Shown here piece by piece: positions 16,938 to 20,509 of a stretch of 20,509 bases of DNA. The translations under genes and the position numbers were made by a program. Numbering within the stretch: the stretch's first letter is position 1; every line of letters begins with the position of its first letter. Under the pieces are notes generated by a model. That model was not told where the DNA came from. It saw nothing but the letters and a program-made list of their open reading frames with translations, and ran no database searches. The DNA lies in the NCBI GenBank assembly GCA_016235455.1, contig JACRKZ010000134.1:1-20509 (forward strand). The letters are read 5' to 3'. The DNA is from Armatimonadota bacterium. GTDB taxonomy: Bacteria > Armatimonadota > UBA10988.

Positions 16938-18655
16938 TGTGGCTGATGGCGGCGAATCTGCTGGCGGCGGGCCCTGTCCTGCAGGCCACCGACTACGGCG
17001 TGGTGGCCAACGGCACCACCGACGACGGCCCGGCTCTGGGCCGCGCCATGGCGGCGCTCAACGCCGCCGAGCCGGGCGCCAGCCTGGTGTTGCCCACCGG
17101 CCGCACGCTGCGCATCGCCACCTCGCCCACCACGTGGGTCATCGAGCTGGTCGGCCGACGTGATCTGACCGTCGACGGCGGCGGCTGCACGCTGCTGCTG
17201 GCGCCCCACTTGCGTCTGGCGCACATCCGCGGCTGCACCAACGTCACGCTGCGCGGGCTCAACCTCGACTACGACCCGCTGCCGTTCGCCGACGGGCTGG
17301 TGGTCGGGGCGGACGCCAAGGCCGGCTGGGTCGATGTGCGCGTGGACGACGCCTTCCCCATGCCGGCGTTCGGCGGGCCGACCGGCGACCGTGAGCAGGC
17401 CTACTTCGCCATGCTCTGGCATCGCGGACCGCATAGCCTGGTGCATGAGCACTTCTTTGTGCGCGACTGTGTCGATGCCGGCCCAGGCGCCCTGGCCAAG
17501 CGCATCGTCCGCGTCTACCGCGAGCCGCGCGCCGACTGGAGCCGCATCAAGCCCGGCGAGACACGCATCAGCCTGCCGGTACGCGGCATCGCGCATCGCA
17601 TGGTCGGCTTCGGCGCCAGCCCGGTGGTGGCCATCGAAGAGAACACCGATGTGCTGTGCGAATCGCTCAACCTCTGGTCGGGGCCGCTGTTTGGCTGCAA
17701 CGTCGCGCGCAACCGTGGGCGCGTGACGTTCCGCCAGGTCGACCTCCGCCCGCGGCCAGGCACCAGCCGCCTGACCTCCATCTGGCGCGACGGCTTCCAC
17801 GTGAAGGCCAACTACGCGGATCTGACCTTCGAGGACTGCCACATCGAGGGCACCAACGACGACGCCTTCAACCTCGCCACGCACTCGTCCCGCGTGGACG
17901 AAGCCGTCTCACCCACCGAGATCCGCATCCACCAGACCTTTCCGCTGGGCTTCGTGCCGTTCGAGCCAGGCGATCTGGTGGGCGGCTACAGTTGCGGCCT
18001 GGGCCGCCGGTTCGAGGCGGTCCGAGTGGTGCGCTGCGTCGAGGAGCAGCCACGCGACACCACCAACCTCAACCGGCCCGCGACGCCGCTACGCCTGACG
18101 CTCGACCGGCCACTGCCCGACGTAGCGCGCGGTGATGTGGTCTGGAACCAGTCCAGCGCGAACCCGCACACGGTCATTCGCCGCTGCGTCATCCTCAATG
18201 CCTGCCGCTTCCAGTCGCCGGTCACCGTGGAGGACAGCGACATCACGGCGCTGGCCTGGTTCTACGGCGACCAACTCGAAGGCCCGCTGCCCAGCGACAT
18301 CATCATCCGCCGCTGCCGCCTGCGCATCGGCCGCGGCAACCCGGAACTGGCGGCCAGCTTCGAATGCAACATCGAAGGGCGCGACGGCCAGCGCGCGCCG
18401 GCCAAGGAGCCGGTCATTGCCAACATCCGCCTGGAAGACAACGAGATCGACGGCCGCCTGAGCCTGAGCGACTGCCGCAATGTGATCCTCGCCCACAACC
18501 GCTTTGTCGCGCCGGCCGGCGCGCTGTCGCTGCGCGGCTGCCGGACCGTGTCGCTGCTCTTCAACCACATGGGCGGCGATCCGCTTGACCGGCTGGAGCA
18601 GATCGGCTTCGGCGATGTGGCCACGCGCGGCTTCGTGCGATTTGGGATGGACTGA
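16931..18655 (+). CDS. Right-handed parallel beta-helix protein, GH110 (alpha-galactosidase)-like, probably secreted
   Basis: Short signal-like N-terminus; DYGVVANGTTDDGPAL; NVTLRGLNLDYDPLPF; RLTSIWRDGFH...DCHIEGTNDDAFN acidic motif as in GH110-type helices; RBS GGAG at 16921. Confidence 0.7.
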   Translation: MLMWLMAANLLAAGPVLQATDYGVVANGTTDDGPALGRAMAALNAAEPGASLVLPTGRTLRIATSPTTWVIELVGRRDLTVDGGGCTLLLAPHLRLAHIRGCTNVTLRGLNLDYDPLPFADGLVVGADAKAGWVDVRVDDAFPMPAFGGPTGDREQAYFAMLWHRGPHSLVHEHFFVRDCVDAGPGALAKRIVRVYREPRADWSRIKPGETRISLPVRGIAHRMVGFGASPVVAIEENTDVLCESLNLWSGPLFGCNVARNRGRVTFRQVDLRPRPGTSRLTSIWRDGFHVKANYADLTFEDCHIEGTNDDAFNLATHSSRVDEAVSPTEIRIHQTFPLGFVPFEPGDLVGGYSCGLGRRFEAVRVVRCVEEQPRDTTNLNRPATPLRLTLDRPLPDVARGDVVWNQSSANPHTVIRRCVILNACRFQSPVTVEDSDITALAWFYGDQLEGPLPSDIIIRRCRLRIGRGNPELAASFECNIEGRDGQRAPAKEPVIANIRLEDNEIDGRLSLSDCRNVILAHNRFVAPAGALSLRGCRTVSLLFNHMGGDPLDRLEQIGFGDVATRGFVRFGMD

Positions 18656-18668
18656 GCGTGATTTGCGG

Positions 18669-18695
18669 GTGACAGCAAACGCGTCGCTCTGTCAC
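18669..18695. promoter_or_regulatory. Inverted repeat GTGACAG-N13-CTGTCAC upstream of the glycyl radical enzyme gene
   Basis: Perfect 7-bp arms in the 64-nt intergenic gap; the right arm overlaps a TGnCACAAT extended -10-like element (18690-18698). Confidence 0.45.
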
Positions 18696-18719
18696 AATGG
18701 GCGGATTGGGGAGAGAGAG

Positions 18720-20509
18720 ATGCCGTGGAACCCGGCCGCCTTCCGCGCGGAGCTTGACGCTTTCTATAGCCAGGGCCCAGCCGATATCAGTGCTCTGGAC
18801 GCCGCCCTGGAACGGCGCTGCGAGGCGCATCCCGAATGGCTGCCGTGGCAGCGCAAGGCGGCGCTGTATGAGGTCGCGGCCAACCTGGCGGAGCCGGTGG
18901 TGTTCGCCCATTGTCCGTTCTTCTTCGAGTTGGCGTTGGGCCGGCATCGGCGCGAGTGGGGCTTTGGCGGGTTGGGTTCGTGGTTGCGGCGGTCGCCCGA
19001 GGGTCAGGCCTTCGAGCAGCGCTGTGCCGCATGGAAGGGACCGTACCAGGGCCTGGTGCTGTTCAACGGCATGGCCGATGTGGACCTGGACCACCACACG
19101 ATCGGCTACGACAACCTCTTCCGCGAAGGGCTCAACGGCATCGCGGCCCGCGCCGAGGCCAGGCTGCAAAGCGCCGCGGACGACGCGCAGCGCGCCTTCC
19201 TGGAGGCGGCCATCGCCGGCTGCCGCGCGCTGGTCACGTTGGCCCGACGGTTTGCCCAGCGGGCACGCACGATGGCGGCATCGGCACGCGAGGCCGAAGT
19301 GCGCGACAACCTGCTGCGGCTGGCCGACAGCGCCGAAGCCGTGCCGGGCGAGGCGCCCCGGACCTACCACGAAGGGCTCTGCGCCATCCTCTTCGTGCGC
19401 GAGGCCGTGGGCTCGCTGGAGGGCATGGCGGTCAGCACGCTGGGCATGGTGGACCGGCTTTGCGGGCCGCTGCTGGCGGCCGACCTGGCGACTGGACGGC
19501 TGACCCTCGATCAGGCTTACGAGCTGACCAGCGCCTGGCTGGCCATCTGCGACGCCAAGTTCGGCAGCGAGGCGTTCGACGCGGCGACCGAGCCCGGCGA
19601 CCACGTGGAGACCTCGACCACCGTCTTCATCGGTGGCTGCGATGCCGAGGGCGTGCCCGTCTACAACGAGGTGACGCAGTTGATCCTGCGGGCCTATGGT
19701 GAGCTGCGGTTGCTCAACCCCAAGCTCCAAGCCCGCTTCTCCCCCGGTGCGCCGAAAGCATACCGGCGCGCCGTGGCCGACTTCGTGGCGCTCGGCACCA
19801 ACGCTCTGTGCGTCTACAACGACGAGGTGGTGATCGCGGCCAATGTGGCCGCGGGCAAGGCGCTGAAGGACTGCCGGCTGTATGTGGGTGGCGGCTGCCA
19901 GGAGAACATCCTTCAGAACTGCGAGATCCACAACCGCGGCGCCATGTTCTTCAGCCTGCCGCGGGTGTTGGAGGCCACGCTGTACCCGGAGCGCTGGACC
20001 GAGTTCTGCCGATCCGAAGCCGTCTCGCTGGTCAATGGCGCCGCCGCGACCAGCTTCGATGGTCTGTACCAGGCCTTCCTGACCAACCTGCGCACCATCG
20101 TCGGCCAACTCGTGGCGCGCCGCAATGTCAACGAGGCCGACGGCTGGCAGTACAACCCCTGCCCGCTGCATTCCGCCACGCTGGACGACTGCATCGCCAA
20201 CGCCCGCGACGTGGTGGCCGGCGGCGCGCGCTACTCAAGCGGCGCCGTGGACCTGTGCGGCATCGGCACGGTGATCGACTCCCTCTTCGCGCTGCGGCGG
20301 GTGGTGTTCGAGGAAGCGCGCGTGCCGCTCGAGCGGATGCTGCGGATCCTGGCGGACAACTGGGCCGACGAGGAGCCACTGCGCCAGTATGTGCTGCACC
20401 GCGTGGGCAAGTACGGCAGCGGCGACGACGACGCGGCGGCTTTTGCGCGTCAAGCCTTCGCCGATGTCGCCGCGGCGTCGTCGGGCTTCCCCAACAGCCG
20501 TGGCGGCCG
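18720..20509 (+). CDS. Glycyl radical enzyme (pyruvate formate-lyase superfamily), 3'-truncated by the window edge
   Basis: Not in the ORF track because it has no stop in the window. Hand translation from ATG 18720 (RBS GGGGAG): MPWNPAAFRAELD...DHHTIGYD...APRTYHEGL...LGMVDR...TTVFIGGCDAEG..VYNEVT...NPKLQARF...YNDEVVI...YVGGGCQE...SATLDDCIANARDVVAGGARY...GIGTVIDSLFALRRVVFEE...KYG. All match PFL-like family hallmarks. Confidence 0.92.
   Translation, partial: MPWNPAAFRAELDAFYSQGPADISALDAALERRCEAHPEWLPWQRKAALYEVAANLAEPVVFAHCPFFFELALGRHRREWGFGGLGSWLRRSPEGQAFEQRCAAWKGPYQGLVLFNGMADVDLDHHTIGYDNLFREGLNGIAARAEARLQSAADDAQRAFLEAAIAGCRALVTLARRFAQRARTMAASAREAEVRDNLLRLADSAEAVPGEAPRTYHEGLCAILFVREAVGSLEGMAVSTLGMVDRLCGPLLAADLATGRLTLDQAYELTSAWLAICDAKFGSEAFDAATEPGDHVETSTTVFIGGCDAEGVPVYNEVTQLILRAYGELRLLNPKLQARFSPGAPKAYRRAVADFVALGTNALCVYNDEVVIAANVAAGKALKDCRLYVGGGCQENILQNCEIHNRGAMFFSLPRVLEATLYPERWTEFCRSEAVSLVNGAAATSFDGLYQAFLTNLRTIVGQLVARRNVNEADGWQYNPCPLHSATLDDCIANARDVVAGGARYSSGAVDLCGIGTVIDSLFALRRVVFEEARVPLERMLRILADNWADEEPLRQYVLHRVGKYGSGDDDAAAFARQAFADVAAASSGFPNSRGG

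Noticed and set aside
18561-20171. 536-aa minus-strand ORF and the short plus ORFs 18697-19503 and 18911-19702
   Set aside because: Shadow or alternate frames of the glycyl radical enzyme reading from 18720.
18720-20509. Calling the GRE pflB, cutC or hypD
   Set aside because: It lacks the PFL Cys-Cys motif, and its GCQE loop and N-terminus do not match those enzymes well enough for a gene symbol.

Overview
High-GC bacterial chromosomal window with 17 supportable protein-coding genes and no rRNA, tRNA, CRISPR or mobile element. Contents in order: (1) an orphan membrane histidine kinase (+); (2) a seven-gene minus-strand carbohydrate operon (lipoprotein SBP, two ABC permeases, GNAT, DUF1080, Zn-dependent dehydrogenase, XylB-like SDR) with a sigma70-type promoter flanked by LacI-type operator sites; (3) a stand-alone acyl-CoA ligase (ADP-forming)/GNAT fusion (Pat/Pka-like) with a candidate sigma54 promoter and its own hairpin; (4) a phasin/UbiK-like plus UbiB/ABC1 kinase pair, divergent from a voltage-gated K+ channel; (5) a GH16 plus Tat-arylsulfatase pair, divergent from a GT1 glycosyltransferase and a GH110-like beta-helix protein; (6) a divergent glycyl radical enzyme (Cys loop GGGCQE) that the ORF track missed because it runs off the window end. 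The best leads are this glycyl radical enzyme, the non-canonical DUF1080 sugar operon, and the Pat-like enzyme that retains both catalytic histidines. Family calls come from motif recognition by eye, not from database searches.
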